The notes: generated by a model from the letters alone, not told the origin. A stretch of 64,000 bases of DNA from Bacteroidota bacterium (GCA_005772895.1 SXIH01000038.1:42941-106940); one strand, 5' to 3'. Positions 48,376 through 59,216 are shown, counted from the first letter of the stretch. Numbers and translations: made by a program.

Positions 48376-49710
48376 CTATATCAATCCTCTCGCTTTCAAT
48401 TCCAAATATTTATTTATAGTATTTACAGATAAATTTTGCGGAGCGGCTAAAATGCTATGAATACCATATTTCTCTAATTCTTTTACAATCAATTTTTTTT
48501 CGTAAGAAAACTTTTCTGCAATTGTTTTGTTGTATACTTCTTCAGTGCTGATAGCTGGTTTATTAAGAAAAGAGCGTAATTCGGTATTTTCAAAAAAGAT
48601 TACAACTAGTAAATGATCTTTGGCAATTCGTCTTAAATATTTTAATTGTCGCTGTAAGCCCGACAATGTTTCAAAGTTGGTATACAATAAAAACAAACTC
48701 CGTTGATTGATTTTTGTTTTTACATTAATGTATAAATTTTCAAAATCACTTTCCAAATAACCTGTTTTTTGATTGTACAGCAATTCCATTATTTTTTGCA
48801 ATTGCGCATTTCTTCTGTCAGCGGGTAAAACAGATTGTACTTTGTTCGAAAAAGTAACGATTCCGGCTTTGTCTTGTTTGAGCATGGCAATGTTGGAAAT
48901 CACCAAGCTGGAGTTGATTGCATAATCCAAAAGACTTAATCCTTCAAATGGCATACGCATAATCCGTCCCATATCAATTACCGAATACACCTGTTGTGAT
49001 TTTTCATCTTGATATTGATTGATCATCAATTTGTTCCTACGGGCAGTAGCTTTCCAGTTTACTGTTCTATAATCATCGCCTGCAACGTATTCTTTTATTT
49101 GTTCAAATTCAGCATTGTTTCCTCTTCTCCGTATTTTCTTAATTCCGGCATCTGTTAACCTGTTGGAGATAGCTAATAATTCATATTTACGCATTTGCAT
49201 AAAGGATGGATAAACCGGAACCATCATGTCTTGCGAAAAGCGATAACGTTTTTTAATAAATCCAATCGGGCTTTTTACATAAATATTTACAGCTCCGAAA
49301 TGATATTCACCGCGCTTTACAGGATGAACGTCATATTCGATAATCTTATTTTTGCCTGGTTCAATGGATAATTTAAACTCTTTATCACGTGCCTGAAACT
49401 GAAAAGGCAACTCATCGATTATTCCAATACGTGCAGGAAATAAATATCGGTTTTCAATAATTATTTGAACAGGGTTGTCGTCTCCATTAGATAATTTATC
49501 CAATGTATCTCTTCGTGCAAAAATGCCATCTTTGTTTATGAAAAGTATTAGTATGTCAATAAAAAACAAAGCAACAATTGCAATTAAAACATAATGAGCA
49601 ATTATGTAAAGTGTAGGAAAGAAAAATCCAAGTACCAGAAATACTACTTCTGCTGCTATAATATAGTATAGCAGATTTGAAATGTATATGGACTTGAAAA
49701 ATGTTTTCAT
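48376..49710 (-). CDS. DUF58 domain protein (vWA-like, two N-terminal TM helices)
   Basis: 444 aa with the DUF58 signature GNNAEFEQIKEYVAGDDYRTVNWKATARRNKLMINQYQDE. Confidence 0.7.
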   Translation of the reverse strand: MKTFFKSIYISNLLYYIIAAEVVFLVLGFFFPTLYIIAHYVLIAIVALFFIDILILFINKDGIFARRDTLDKLSNGDDNPVQIIIENRYLFPARIGIIDELPFQFQARDKEFKLSIEPGKNKIIEYDVHPVKRGEYHFGAVNIYVKSPIGFIKKRYRFSQDMMVPVYPSFMQMRKYELLAISNRLTDAGIKKIRRRGNNAEFEQIKEYVAGDDYRTVNWKATARRNKLMINQYQDEKSQQVYSVIDMGRIMRMPFEGLSLLDYAINSSLVISNIAMLKQDKAGIVTFSNKVQSVLPADRRNAQLQKIMELLYNQKTGYLESDFENLYINVKTKINQRSLFLLYTNFETLSGLQRQLKYLRRIAKDHLLVVIFFENTELRSFLNKPAISTEEVYNKTIAEKFSYEKKLIVKELEKYGIHSILAAPQNLSVNTINKYLELKARGLI

Positions 49711-49715
49711 TTTAA

Positions 49716-50693
49716 TTATCTTGGAATTTCAATTTTTTCGATGATTCCTTTGATGACATCCTTTGTTGTAATTCCTTCCATTTCTTTTTCAGGAGTTAAA
49801 ATAACTCTGTGTTTTAAAACATGTGAGGCAACAAATTTCACATCATCCGGTGTAACAAAATCTCTTCCACGCATTGCTGCAATTGCCTTCGAGCTGGTTA
49901 AAATGGCTAGTGATGCACGTGGGGATGCACCCAGATACAAAGAAGAATTATTTCTTGTTTGATTTACAATTTTTGCAATGTAAGAGATTAAGTTTGCATC
50001 AATGTGAACATGCCCTACTTTTTCTCTGTAGTCTGCTACTTCAGAAGCATTCATTACACCAATAACCGAATTAATATCTATTTTGTTTTTACTTGCATGA
50101 TAATCTCCAATAATCTTAGTTTCATCATCCAATGTTGGATAGTCAACTTCTATTTTAAATAAAAACCTATCAAGCTGTGCTTCGGGTAAACGATATGTTC
50201 CTTCTTGTTCAACAGGATTCTGAGTTGCCAATACTATGAATGGCGGAGCTAGTAAATAAGTTTTCCCATCAACCGTGATTTGACGCTCTTCCATTGCTTC
50301 AAATAAAGCAGATTGTGTTTTTGCCGGAGCACGATTGATTTCATCAATTAAAACTATGTTTGAAAAAAGAGGTCCTTGCTTAAACTCAAATTCCGATGTT
50401 TTCAAATTGTAAATACTAGTTCCGATAATATCAGAAGGCATTAAATCTGGAGTAAATTGAATTCTGGAAAATCCAACTTTCATTGTTCTTGCCAAAAGTT
50501 TTGCGGAAAGTGTTTTTGCAACACCCGGAACACCTTCAATTAAAACATGTCCATCAGCCAAAACTGCTGCAATCAATAATTCTATCATATTGTCTTGCCC
50601 GACAATGATTTTGTTGACTTCTCTTTTAATGTTGGTTACAGCTAGCTGCAGTCCACTTAAATCAACTCTGTTTTGAAATACTTGTTCTTCCAT
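49716..50693 (-). CDS. MoxR-family AAA+ ATPase
   Basis: 325 aa with Walker A HVLIEGVPGVAKT, Walker B VLIDEINRAPAKTQSALFEAMEE, and a conserved C-terminal MoxR region. Confidence 0.9.
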   Translation of the reverse strand: MEEQVFQNRVDLSGLQLAVTNIKREVNKIIVGQDNMIELLIAAVLADGHVLIEGVPGVAKTLSAKLLARTMKVGFSRIQFTPDLMPSDIIGTSIYNLKTSEFEFKQGPLFSNIVLIDEINRAPAKTQSALFEAMEERQITVDGKTYLLAPPFIVLATQNPVEQEGTYRLPEAQLDRFLFKIEVDYPTLDDETKIIGDYHASKNKIDINSVIGVMNASEVADYREKVGHVHIDANLISYIAKIVNQTRNNSSLYLGASPRASLAILTSSKAIAAMRGRDFVTPDDVKFVASHVLKHRVILTPEKEMEGITTKDVIKGIIEKIEIPR

Positions 50694-50733
50694 ATTTGTT
50701 AGTTTTATTTTTTAATATTGTCTGAAATGTCAA

Positions 50734-51963
50734 TTACCTTTTATTCTTTTTGTGAAACTCTTCAATCATTCTATTTAATTTTAATAACTCTTGCTGACTA
50801 ATCGCAGATTTTACACTTATATCTGCAAAATAGTAAAACAAGTCATGCACTTTTTGTCTTTCAATTCCTGATAAATTTGTTATTCTATCAATAAAAACAT
50901 CGTCATATAAGTTTGTTTTTACTTGAAAAGTTGAACGAATGTATTCTAAAAAGTATACTATTTTTTTATCAGCAATATTTTTGTGATTTCCTGTTTGATA
51001 GTATAAAGTGCCAACAATATCAACAAAATCCAAAGTTGTATTACGCAATGGTTCTACAACAGGAATGATTCTTTGTTTGCGTTTTATTCCTATAATTATA
51101 AATAATAATAAGGAAAGCAATAAAACATAGTACGCACTTTTTAAAGCCGGATTATTAAAAATAACTCTTAATGAGCTTTCTTTTTTAATATTACCTGCTT
51201 TATAATGTTCATCCCAAATAACTGTTTGGTTCGGTAGGTACGACAATGCTTTATAAGAATAATCGTAATTCTGTTTGTTGACAAAAAGATAATTTGTAAA
51301 CACTTCAGGAACCGTACTCAAATAAATATTACCTTTTCCCCAATTGATTTTAATAAAGTTAATCTTGTTGTCAATAGTATTTCCTAAGACTATTGTTTTT
51401 GATGTATCGAATGATTTAAAATAAGTATTGTCTATTCCCTTTGAATAAACATAATTTGTTTTTCGCTTTAATAGTGGGTTTGTAAAATTTATTACTGCTG
51501 TATCATATGGCTTATAAAATTGGCTGAGACTTATTGAATCATTTTCAAATGTTTCTTCAATTCCATAATAGTTATCTGTCTCTAACTTTAGAGTATCAGC
51601 AAATTTTCCGGAAAAATAATTTGCAGCAATAAATATTGAGTTTCCATTTTTTGCAAATTCTAGTAACTCACGTGTATCTAATTTGTCGGGTTCAAATGTA
51701 TTGTTAATGATGATATAATTGCTTTTTGTTAAGTCCTGATCGTTTAATACATTATATATGGGGAACATTTCTGTATTAATTTCCTGCCCGGGAAAAATAC
51801 TTGGCAACACATCATATAAAGCAGACGTTCCAAATGGAATAATATCTTTTTTCATAAAAGTCTGAGCCCAATTGATTGGTTTTGGTGCCATCACTTGAAG
51901 TAAGATAAGTCCTATGAAACAAAGGCTTACAATAAAAATATATTTTTTGCTGCCTTTAAACAT
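50734..51963 (-). CDS. Hypothetical membrane-anchored protein (DUF4350-like)
   Basis: 409 aa with an N-terminal TM anchor, a large extracytoplasmic domain and a C-terminal TM helix. The position within the MoxR/DUF58 module fits DUF4350, but I cannot confirm by motif. Confidence 0.35.
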   Translation of the reverse strand: MFKGSKKYIFIVSLCFIGLILLQVMAPKPINWAQTFMKKDIIPFGTSALYDVLPSIFPGQEINTEMFPIYNVLNDQDLTKSNYIIINNTFEPDKLDTRELLEFAKNGNSIFIAANYFSGKFADTLKLETDNYYGIEETFENDSISLSQFYKPYDTAVINFTNPLLKRKTNYVYSKGIDNTYFKSFDTSKTIVLGNTIDNKINFIKINWGKGNIYLSTVPEVFTNYLFVNKQNYDYSYKALSYLPNQTVIWDEHYKAGNIKKESSLRVIFNNPALKSAYYVLLLSLLLFIIIGIKRKQRIIPVVEPLRNTTLDFVDIVGTLYYQTGNHKNIADKKIVYFLEYIRSTFQVKTNLYDDVFIDRITNLSGIERQKVHDLFYYFADISVKSAISQQELLKLNRMIEEFHKKNKR

Positions 51964-52720
51964 TTATTTTAAATTCTTTAAACTTGTTGATGCTGCTCTT
52001 GAAATTATTTTCATCTAATTGAAAATCTCCATACCAGATATATTCATACATCAGTGCTAACTCTTTAAACTTGCTACTAAATTTGCTGTTGGAGAGTTCC
52101 ATTGAATAATCATTATTGGTTTTGTCGATTTGCCAGGAAATCAAATTTTTGTCGGTGAGCTCTTTAAGTAATTTCAAAAAATGTAATCTGACAGCTTTGC
52201 GATAATCCATTTTATTGATAGCGTCTGCAATCAATTCGTCAAAATTTATTTTGTGAATGTCTTCGTTAAACTCTTTAAAATCAATTGCTACAGAAGCACT
52301 TTTTCCATAAAAGACAGCTCGTATGTCATTTTTTAAAACCAGCAGAACAATTGCAATGATTACAGCTGCTATTAAAATATATTGAAAAATGCTCAACCCA
52401 ATTTGTCCGCCATCGGAACTAAAAATGTCACCAACTTTTCGCCAAAACCATTCTTTGAATCTCTCCCACCATGATTTTGGTGCCGGACCAACCCGATCGT
52501 ATTTGTAATCGGAATTATCTAATAATTTTTCTTGTTCATCAGGATTAAGCTGCCGAACCTGAACTTTACTTGAGTCGTACTTTACATCAACTTTTGTTTG
52601 TGTGGAATCGTTTAATGCAAAAACTGTATTGCCCTTTATAATTATAAAGAACAATACAGAAATAGTAAAAAGTAAACGTTTAATATTGTTGATTGACATT
52701 TGCACTCGGAGCTGTTCCAA
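51956..52720 (-). CDS. DUF4129 domain protein
   Basis: 254 aa with a central TM helix and the C-terminal YRKAVRLHFLKLLKELTDKNLISW...KTNNDY block typical of DUF4129. Confidence 0.5.
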   Translation of the reverse strand: MEQLRVQMSINNIKRLLFTISVLFFIIIKGNTVFALNDSTQTKVDVKYDSSKVQVRQLNPDEQEKLLDNSDYKYDRVGPAPKSWWERFKEWFWRKVGDIFSSDGGQIGLSIFQYILIAAVIIAIVLLVLKNDIRAVFYGKSASVAIDFKEFNEDIHKINFDELIADAINKMDYRKAVRLHFLKLLKELTDKNLISWQIDKTNNDYSMELSNSKFSSKFKELALMYEYIWYGDFQLDENNFKSSINKFKEFKINV

Positions 52721-53663
52721 TTTCGTTTATTCTTTCCATCAATCCTTTTCCATCATTTTTTTCCGCTAAACTATAATAATGAACTCCGTTTATTACATAC
52801 ATAACGCTATATAGTAATGTGGTGCAGAATGTACAAATAGTTGCAACAATTACAAATGGGATGGATGTTTCATTTTCATTGCCTTGCATACTGCTAAATG
52901 TTAAAAACATTTGATATGCAATTTGAGGTAGCGTAAAAACAACTCCGGCTATTCCAATCGCAAAACTTGTACACACTACTATTAACCAAGTCCACCAAAA
53001 ATTTCCTCTCATTACTTCTCTTGTTTTCCCGAAAGATGTTAATACTCCTGAGCCTTCGTCCATTTTGACTAAATATACTGCTGATAATTGCCATATAAGC
53101 GGTGGAAATAAAATTAACATTCCAAAAATAGCCGCTAACATGAACAGAACTCCTAACATTGGAACAGCAACACCAATTGCTACCCCTAATGCAACTGCAC
53201 CTCCAATTACTACGATTAGCAATAATGTTAATCCGAAAAATACTCCAAGAATTCCTCCTGTATTTTTAAGCAATGTATTTCCTACATCATTAACTGTAAA
53301 TTGGCCAGGCCCCTTTTCTGAATAATTTATCATGAATGAATACACCGTACCTACTAAAGCTAAATTTGCCAGGATACTTGAAATTAAAAATATCAAATAT
53401 GTCCAACCAAATTGTTCAAATATGATATCCCAAGGATCACTTCCGTAACCAGACATCATTCCTGATTGCAGTCTGCTCTGCATAGTAATTGCATTGGCTT
53501 GATAAAATGCTCCTGCAATTGAACTAATTAATAAAAATGGTCCAGCGATGAACACAAGTGATTTTAAAAACAGTTTAAAATTTTGTCGAACTAATTTAAT
53601 AGAAGCATTAAATGTTTCTCCAAAATCTCGGACTTGACGAAAATTAATTTTTTCTTGATTCAT
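52680..53663 (-). CDS. Hypothetical polytopic membrane protein (glycine-zipper rich)
   Basis: 327 aa with several TM helices and GxxxG/A-rich segments. Part of the conserved module. Confidence 0.35.
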   Translation of the reverse strand: MNQEKINFRQVRDFGETFNASIKLVRQNFKLFLKSLVFIAGPFLLISSIAGAFYQANAITMQSRLQSGMMSGYGSDPWDIIFEQFGWTYLIFLISSILANLALVGTVYSFMINYSEKGPGQFTVNDVGNTLLKNTGGILGVFFGLTLLLIVVIGGAVALGVAIGVAVPMLGVLFMLAAIFGMLILFPPLIWQLSAVYLVKMDEGSGVLTSFGKTREVMRGNFWWTWLIVVCTSFAIGIAGVVFTLPQIAYQMFLTFSSMQGNENETSIPFVIVATICTFCTTLLYSVMYVINGVHYYSLAEKNDGKGLMERINEIGTAPSANVNQQY

Positions 53664-53682
53664 GTTTTCGAATTTTAAATGA

Positions 53683-54651
53683 CTACAAATTACTTTTTTG
53701 TGCCTTGTTGTTTAATTGAATAGGATAAATAATAAAATACCAAATGATAAAACTGAAAGATGCACCTATGATCAATAGGCTTAACCACATTGGCATATTG
53801 CTGTATCTGGTAACAAATGACTCTAAAAATCCTGCAGCAATAAATACGGGAACTAATCCTATAATTATTTTCACCCCTTGTTTAGCTCCTCTTACAAATG
53901 ATACTCCTCTGGAATACGTCCCTGGAAATAAAATACTATTTCCCATTGTTAATCCTGCACAACCTGCAATCACAATGGCTGAAATTTCTAATGTACCATG
54001 TATCCAGATAACTAATGCGGATTGTAATAAAACTCCTTTTGTGTAAAAAAAACATTGGAATGCTCCAACCATTACTCCGTTTGTAAATAACATATAGCCT
54101 GTTCCAAATGAAAAGAATATTCCCATTGCGAAACAAACAAATGAAACATAAATATTGTTTACTGTAATTATTGAAAACATATTTCCCTGACTCATTCCTT
54201 TGTAAATGGCCATTGGATCACCTTTGTCTATATTTTCAAGTGTTTCATTCACATATTGATCACCTAAAATCAATCTAACAAAGGTGTCGTCATATAAACA
54301 TGAAACAACTCCAATTAAAAATGCAACAGCAAAAATGATAAAAGCGTAGAGCAGTTGTTTGTGAGAGTTTTTGAAAATAAAGGGTAGTTCATATTTCCAA
54401 TAAGAAATAATGCGTGATTTTTTTTCTTTTTTGTTCTTATAGATTTCTTGATGGACTCTTGCTGCAATAGAGTTAAGATATTGAGTAGTTTTTGCTTTTG
54501 GATAATGCGTTTTGGAATAAGATAAATCATCGGTAAGTTGAATAAATAAATCAGCCATTAAATCGGGATTTGAACCTCCTTTGGTTGTAATGAGTGTTTC
54601 AAACTCTTGCCATTTTTCGGCATTTTGCTTTAAAAAAGTAATTTCCTTCAC
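53683..54651 (-). CDS. Stage II sporulation protein M-like (DUF95) membrane protein
   Basis: 322 aa with the SpoIIM-like blocks NN..V.F..FA.GI, FTNG...G and HGTLEISAIVIAG...FLESFVTR. Confidence 0.55.
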   Translation of the reverse strand: MKEITFLKQNAEKWQEFETLITTKGGSNPDLMADLFIQLTDDLSYSKTHYPKAKTTQYLNSIAARVHQEIYKNKKEKKSRIISYWKYELPFIFKNSHKQLLYAFIIFAVAFLIGVVSCLYDDTFVRLILGDQYVNETLENIDKGDPMAIYKGMSQGNMFSIITVNNIYVSFVCFAMGIFFSFGTGYMLFTNGVMVGAFQCFFYTKGVLLQSALVIWIHGTLEISAIVIAGCAGLTMGNSILFPGTYSRGVSFVRGAKQGVKIIIGLVPVFIAAGFLESFVTRYSNMPMWLSLLIIGASFSFIIWYFIIYPIQLNNKAQKSNL

Positions 54652-54785
54652 AATCCGATTATTGTTTCATGTCTTTTGCGTTTATCCAGCACGCAGTTCT
54701 GTAAATTTATACAAAATAATCGTTAAAAAAAGGGTTTTTTATAATCCATTTAAATGCTTATTTTTATGGAAAATCCTCTCTTTAC

Positions 54786-55502
54786 ATGGATAACATTAAA
54801 ATACAAACTACTCAAAACGTTGATATCGAATACGAATTGGCAAGTGTTGGCGATCGTATTTTGGCTACCCTCTTGGATTATCTGTTTTTCTTCGGCTATA
54901 TGCTTTTGGTTTTTCTTTTTATAGGCTTAATCGGAAGCCACATTGAAGACAATTTATGGTTGCTGATTGTTCTTTTTCTTCCCATTTTACTTTATGATTT
55001 ATTGTGTGAAATGTTTTTTCAAGGAAAATCATTCGGGAAAATGATTATGAAAATTAAAGTTGTAAAATTGGATGGAACGCAAGCCGGTTTCGGAGCTTAT
55101 TTATTGCGATGGCTTTTGCGAATTATTGATACACGTATGTTTTCCGGTGGAATAGCTTTGATTGCAATTTTAGCTAATGGAAAAGGCCAGCGTATTGGAG
55201 ATATGGCTGCAGGAACAACGGTCATTAAAATGAAACAAAAAGTAACTATTAATGATACAATTTTAAATAAAGTAAAACCAAAATATACTATTGTTTACGA
55301 AGAAGTATCAAAACTTTCTGATTCAGATATTGCTATAATAAAAGAAGTGATGCAGGTTTCTTTGCGAACAGGTAATCAGCAGGCAATCGACAGACTAGCA
55401 AAAAAGACAAAAGAAACAATGGGAATTACTACCAATTTACCTCATACACAATTTTTAGCAACTGTTGTTCAGGATTATACTCAGTATAATTTCGATAAGT
55501 AG
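54786..55502 (+). CDS. RDD-family membrane protein
   Basis: 238 aa with an N-terminal RDD domain (R..A.LLDYL.....), three TM helices and a soluble C-terminal region. Confidence 0.65.
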   Translation: MDNIKIQTTQNVDIEYELASVGDRILATLLDYLFFFGYMLLVFLFIGLIGSHIEDNLWLLIVLFLPILLYDLLCEMFFQGKSFGKMIMKIKVVKLDGTQAGFGAYLLRWLLRIIDTRMFSGGIALIAILANGKGQRIGDMAAGTTVIKMKQKVTINDTILNKVKPKYTIVYEEVSKLSDSDIAIIKEVMQVSLRTGNQQAIDRLAKKTKETMGITTNLPHTQFLATVVQDYTQYNFDK

Positions 55503-55513
55503 ATTGCCCTAGC

Positions 55514-57403
55514 TTATTTCTTTAGAATCGGTAACAAAATACTAGATGCATTATTTGCATCATGATAAATCTTTATAGTCGATTTAATAAAATCTTTTTC
55601 ATCGCAATGATAGATGTCACAAAATTGCTGCGGATTTCTATCTACCAAAGGGAACCAAGAGCTTTGAATTTGAATCATTAGTTTATGTCCTTTCTGAAAT
55701 GTATGTGCTACATCCGGTAACTCAAAACTTACAGGAGTAATTTGATTTGGAACAAAAGGTTCAGGATTTTTTCCAATTGAATCTCCAGGGATAAAACTGT
55801 TTCTGAATTTTCCTCTCAACACTTCTCCACGTACCAACATCTGATAACCGCCCATTGGATATTTATCATTTTCTGAATATTTGAAATCGTCAGGAAAAAC
55901 ATCAATTAACTTCACAACAAAATCTGCATCAGTAGTGGAGATGCTTGCTAATAAATTTGCTATTACCGGTCCGGCCAATGTCATCTCTTCTGTTAAAACT
56001 TCAGTGCTGAAAACTAAAACATCTGTTCTGCGAGCAGCAAAACGTTGATCGTCTATCATGTATTCACGTGTGCGGTGAAGATGCACATCTTCTGTATACG
56101 GAACAGGTTTCGCAGGATCGCTAACATAATCGGTAAAAGCGATTCCAATTATTGGCTTTGAAAATGATAAGCCACCTTTCTCAAATAAGTAAATAGGTTT
56201 TGTTTCAACATTTTTTGGTGGCCATTCAGTAAAGGTTGTCCATTTGTTTTCTCCTGTTAAAAAAATTGTTGCTTCAGAAATTTTACTCGCATCGCCTTCA
56301 CCTTTTAAATAATAGTTGAAAAAAGGCATCTCAATATTTTTGTAATAGTATTCGGAATTTCCTTTTCCAAATTGTATGTTACCTAAATAACTTCCATCTG
56401 TTTTTGCCCAGCCACCATGAATCCAAGGACCCATCACAATTTTGTTAGTTGTTTTCGGACTTTGTTTTTCTATTGTTTTATAGGTGTTCCAAGCTCCCCA
56501 ACAATCTTCAGCATCAAATAAACCACCGGTAATTAGCATTGCTGGTTTCACATTTTTTAGATGATAAGTTACCGCGCGCTCTTTCCAAAATGCATCATAA
56601 TTAGGATGATTCATTTCTTCCATCCAAAATTTCATGGAATCACCCATGTATAATTTTGTCAGATTTTTTAATGTTCCCACTTTTAAAAAGAAATCATAAT
56701 TATCAGGAGTAGGATATTTAAAATCAGGACCATCTTTTGTTGTTGGTTTCGGACGAGGAACGCCAAATGAATAATCGAAATCAAAATCATCCATTACAAA
56801 AAATGCGCCTTTGTGATGAACATCATCACCAATAAACCAATCTGTAACAGGTGCTTGCGGACCAACAGCTTTGAGTGCTGGATGTCCGCACAATGCTGCC
56901 ATTGTTGAATAAAAACCAGGATAGGAAATTCCACTTACTCCTACATTCCCATTATTGTTAGGAATATTTTTTATCATCCAATCAATTGCATCGTACGTAT
57001 CACTTGCTTCGTCTACATCTTTTTTAGATTTTTTATTTGGGTTGAACGGGCGAACATCTTCATATGTTCCTTCACTCATGTATGCGCCACGCACATCCTG
57101 AAGTACAACAATGTAATTCTGTTTAAAATATTCTTTTGTATTTCTTGTCCAAAAACTTCTGAATTTATTTTCACCATAAGGAGCGCAAGAGTAGGGTGAA
57201 CGCGTCATCATAATCGGATATTTTTTTGTAGCGTCTTTAGGAATATAAATAGAAGTAAATAATTTTACTCCGTCACGCATTGGAATACTACGTTCTATTT
57301 TATAATAGTTAGTTACAATATAAACAGAATCTTGGTTGATGATTTGTGCATTAATTGTACTAAAAAGAAATAAAAATAAAAATGTCGGGATAATTTTTTT
57401 CAT
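55514..57403 (-). CDS. CocE/NonD-family hydrolase (S15 X-Pro dipeptidyl-peptidase-like), secreted
   Basis: 629 aa with a signal peptide, an alpha/beta-hydrolase N-terminal region (RDGVKL...IYIPK...YPIMMTRSPY) and a C-terminal jelly-roll domain. Confidence 0.7.
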   Translation of the reverse strand: MKKIIPTFLFLFLFSTINAQIINQDSVYIVTNYYKIERSIPMRDGVKLFTSIYIPKDATKKYPIMMTRSPYSCAPYGENKFRSFWTRNTKEYFKQNYIVVLQDVRGAYMSEGTYEDVRPFNPNKKSKKDVDEASDTYDAIDWMIKNIPNNNGNVGVSGISYPGFYSTMAALCGHPALKAVGPQAPVTDWFIGDDVHHKGAFFVMDDFDFDYSFGVPRPKPTTKDGPDFKYPTPDNYDFFLKVGTLKNLTKLYMGDSMKFWMEEMNHPNYDAFWKERAVTYHLKNVKPAMLITGGLFDAEDCWGAWNTYKTIEKQSPKTTNKIVMGPWIHGGWAKTDGSYLGNIQFGKGNSEYYYKNIEMPFFNYYLKGEGDASKISEATIFLTGENKWTTFTEWPPKNVETKPIYLFEKGGLSFSKPIIGIAFTDYVSDPAKPVPYTEDVHLHRTREYMIDDQRFAARRTDVLVFSTEVLTEEMTLAGPVIANLLASISTTDADFVVKLIDVFPDDFKYSENDKYPMGGYQMLVRGEVLRGKFRNSFIPGDSIGKNPEPFVPNQITPVSFELPDVAHTFQKGHKLMIQIQSSWFPLVDRNPQQFCDIYHCDEKDFIKSTIKIYHDANNASSILLPILKK

Positions 57404-57524
57404 AAATATTGTTTATCAAGCTTAAGCCTTGTAAAGATATACTAAAAACAAAAACGTCCAGTATTTCTACCGAACGTTTCGTCTAATGTGTATTATCTAT
57501 CAACCAATTGAAGATATCTAACAA

Positions 57525-59111
57525 CTAAATCTTAATCTCATCCTCATTCTTATTCATAAAATGATATTCCATAAAAGTATAAGAAGACACAGCGCGTACT
57601 TTAAATTTGCGTCCGTATTTTTTCCCCCATTTACGTTTTAGTGAACTGAAGAATCCTTTTGTGATGTATGCTTCCAAATAAGGATGAACACAAAGTGTTA
57701 CTCCTTTTTCATTTTGCTCTTTTAAAATATAACGTAAGTTGTTTTCTATCTGATCGATTAAAATAATGCTCGCTTGAATTTCACCGCTACCGTTACAAGT
57801 CGGACATTTTTCGACAGTAACAATATTCATTTCTGGACGAACACGTTGACGGGTGATTTGGATAAGTCCGAATTTACTTGGAGGAAGAATGTTGTGCTTG
57901 GCACGATCCTTCGCCATTTCATCACGAATTTTTTCGTAAAGTAATTTGCGGTTTTCGGCTGAATGTAAATCAATAAAATCTACTACAATAATTCCACCCA
58001 TATCTCGCAAGCGTAACTGACGGGCAACTTCAACGGCTGCTTCTAAGTTTACTTCCAGCGCATTGTTCTCTTGCGAATTATCAGACTTTGCGCGGTTACC
58101 ACTGTTTACATCTATTACGTGTAATGCCTCGGTATGTTCAACAATTAAGTAACCTCCACTTTTCATTGTCACTGTTTTTCCAAACAGTCCTTTGATTTGT
58201 CTGTCAACTCCAAAATTATCGAAGATGGGAACGTTGCCTTTGTAAAGTTTTAAAATATTTTCTTTATCCGGAGCAATAGTATGTAAGTATGATTTTGTTT
58301 CTTCATACAAAGCCTGGTCATTCACATGAATACTGTTGAAACTTGAATTCAACAAATCGCGTAAAATAGCAGATGTACGATCCAATTCTCCCAATACTTT
58401 TTGTGGCGGCTGAGCAGTTTTTAATGCTTCATAACATAAATCCCACTTTTTTACTAAGTCGTTTAAATCTGCATCTAAGTCGGCAACACTTTTACCTTCT
58501 GCTACCGTCCGGATAATAACACCAAAGTTTTTCGGTTTGATACTCGCGATGAGTTTTTTCAAACGCGATTTCTCATCATTGGTTTTTATTTTCTGAGAAA
58601 CAGATATTTTATCTGAAAAAGGAATGAGAACTAAATAACGTCCTGCTAAAGAGATTTCGGTAGTAATTCTAGGACCTTTTGTAGAAATAGGTTCCTTGGC
58701 AATTTGAATCAGAATTTGCTGATTGGCATTTATAACATTACCTATTTTGCCATCTTTTGGGATATCATTCTCAAACTTAAAATACATTAAGTTGGAAGTG
58801 GTTTGTTTTCCCGTTTGTACCAGTTTGGTATATTTTCCGAATGATGCGGCCTGAGGCCCCAGATCCAGGTAATGCAAAAATGCATCTTTTTCGTATCCAA
58901 CATCCACAAAGGCTGCATTTAAACCGGGCATCACTTTTTTTACGCGTCCCAGATAAATGTCGCCAACTGAAAAGTTATTGTTGCTTTTTTCTCGATTAAG
59001 TTCTACTAATCGTTTGTCATTTAATAGTGCAATAACAACTTCGGAGGGTGTTGAATCAATGATTAATTCGCTGTTCACTCTAAAGTTTTTTAATGAATAC
59101 AATATCCACAA
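57525..59111 (-). CDS. rng: Ribonuclease G (RNase E/G family)
   Basis: 528 aa with an S1 domain (GDIYLGRVKKVMPGLNAAFVDVG) and a DNase-I-like/catalytic RNase E/G core. The true start is probably GTG 59078 (VNSELIIDSTPSEVVIAL) rather than ATG 59111. Confidence 0.8.
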   Translation of the reverse strand: MWILYSLKNFRVNSELIIDSTPSEVVIALLNDKRLVELNREKSNNNFSVGDIYLGRVKKVMPGLNAAFVDVGYEKDAFLHYLDLGPQAASFGKYTKLVQTGKQTTSNLMYFKFENDIPKDGKIGNVINANQQILIQIAKEPISTKGPRITTEISLAGRYLVLIPFSDKISVSQKIKTNDEKSRLKKLIASIKPKNFGVIIRTVAEGKSVADLDADLNDLVKKWDLCYEALKTAQPPQKVLGELDRTSAILRDLLNSSFNSIHVNDQALYEETKSYLHTIAPDKENILKLYKGNVPIFDNFGVDRQIKGLFGKTVTMKSGGYLIVEHTEALHVIDVNSGNRAKSDNSQENNALEVNLEAAVEVARQLRLRDMGGIIVVDFIDLHSAENRKLLYEKIRDEMAKDRAKHNILPPSKFGLIQITRQRVRPEMNIVTVEKCPTCNGSGEIQASIILIDQIENNLRYILKEQNEKGVTLCVHPYLEAYITKGFFSSLKRKWGKKYGRKFKVRAVSSYTFMEYHFMNKNEDEIKI

Positions 59112-59216
59112 CTCTCCTAATAAAAGAGTTTGTAGATCATTTTAATATGTTGATTGTGCTTAATTTCTCCCGGTTTCAGAAGGAGAAAAAGAAAACAAAC
59201 AGGCGTGTGCTAATAA

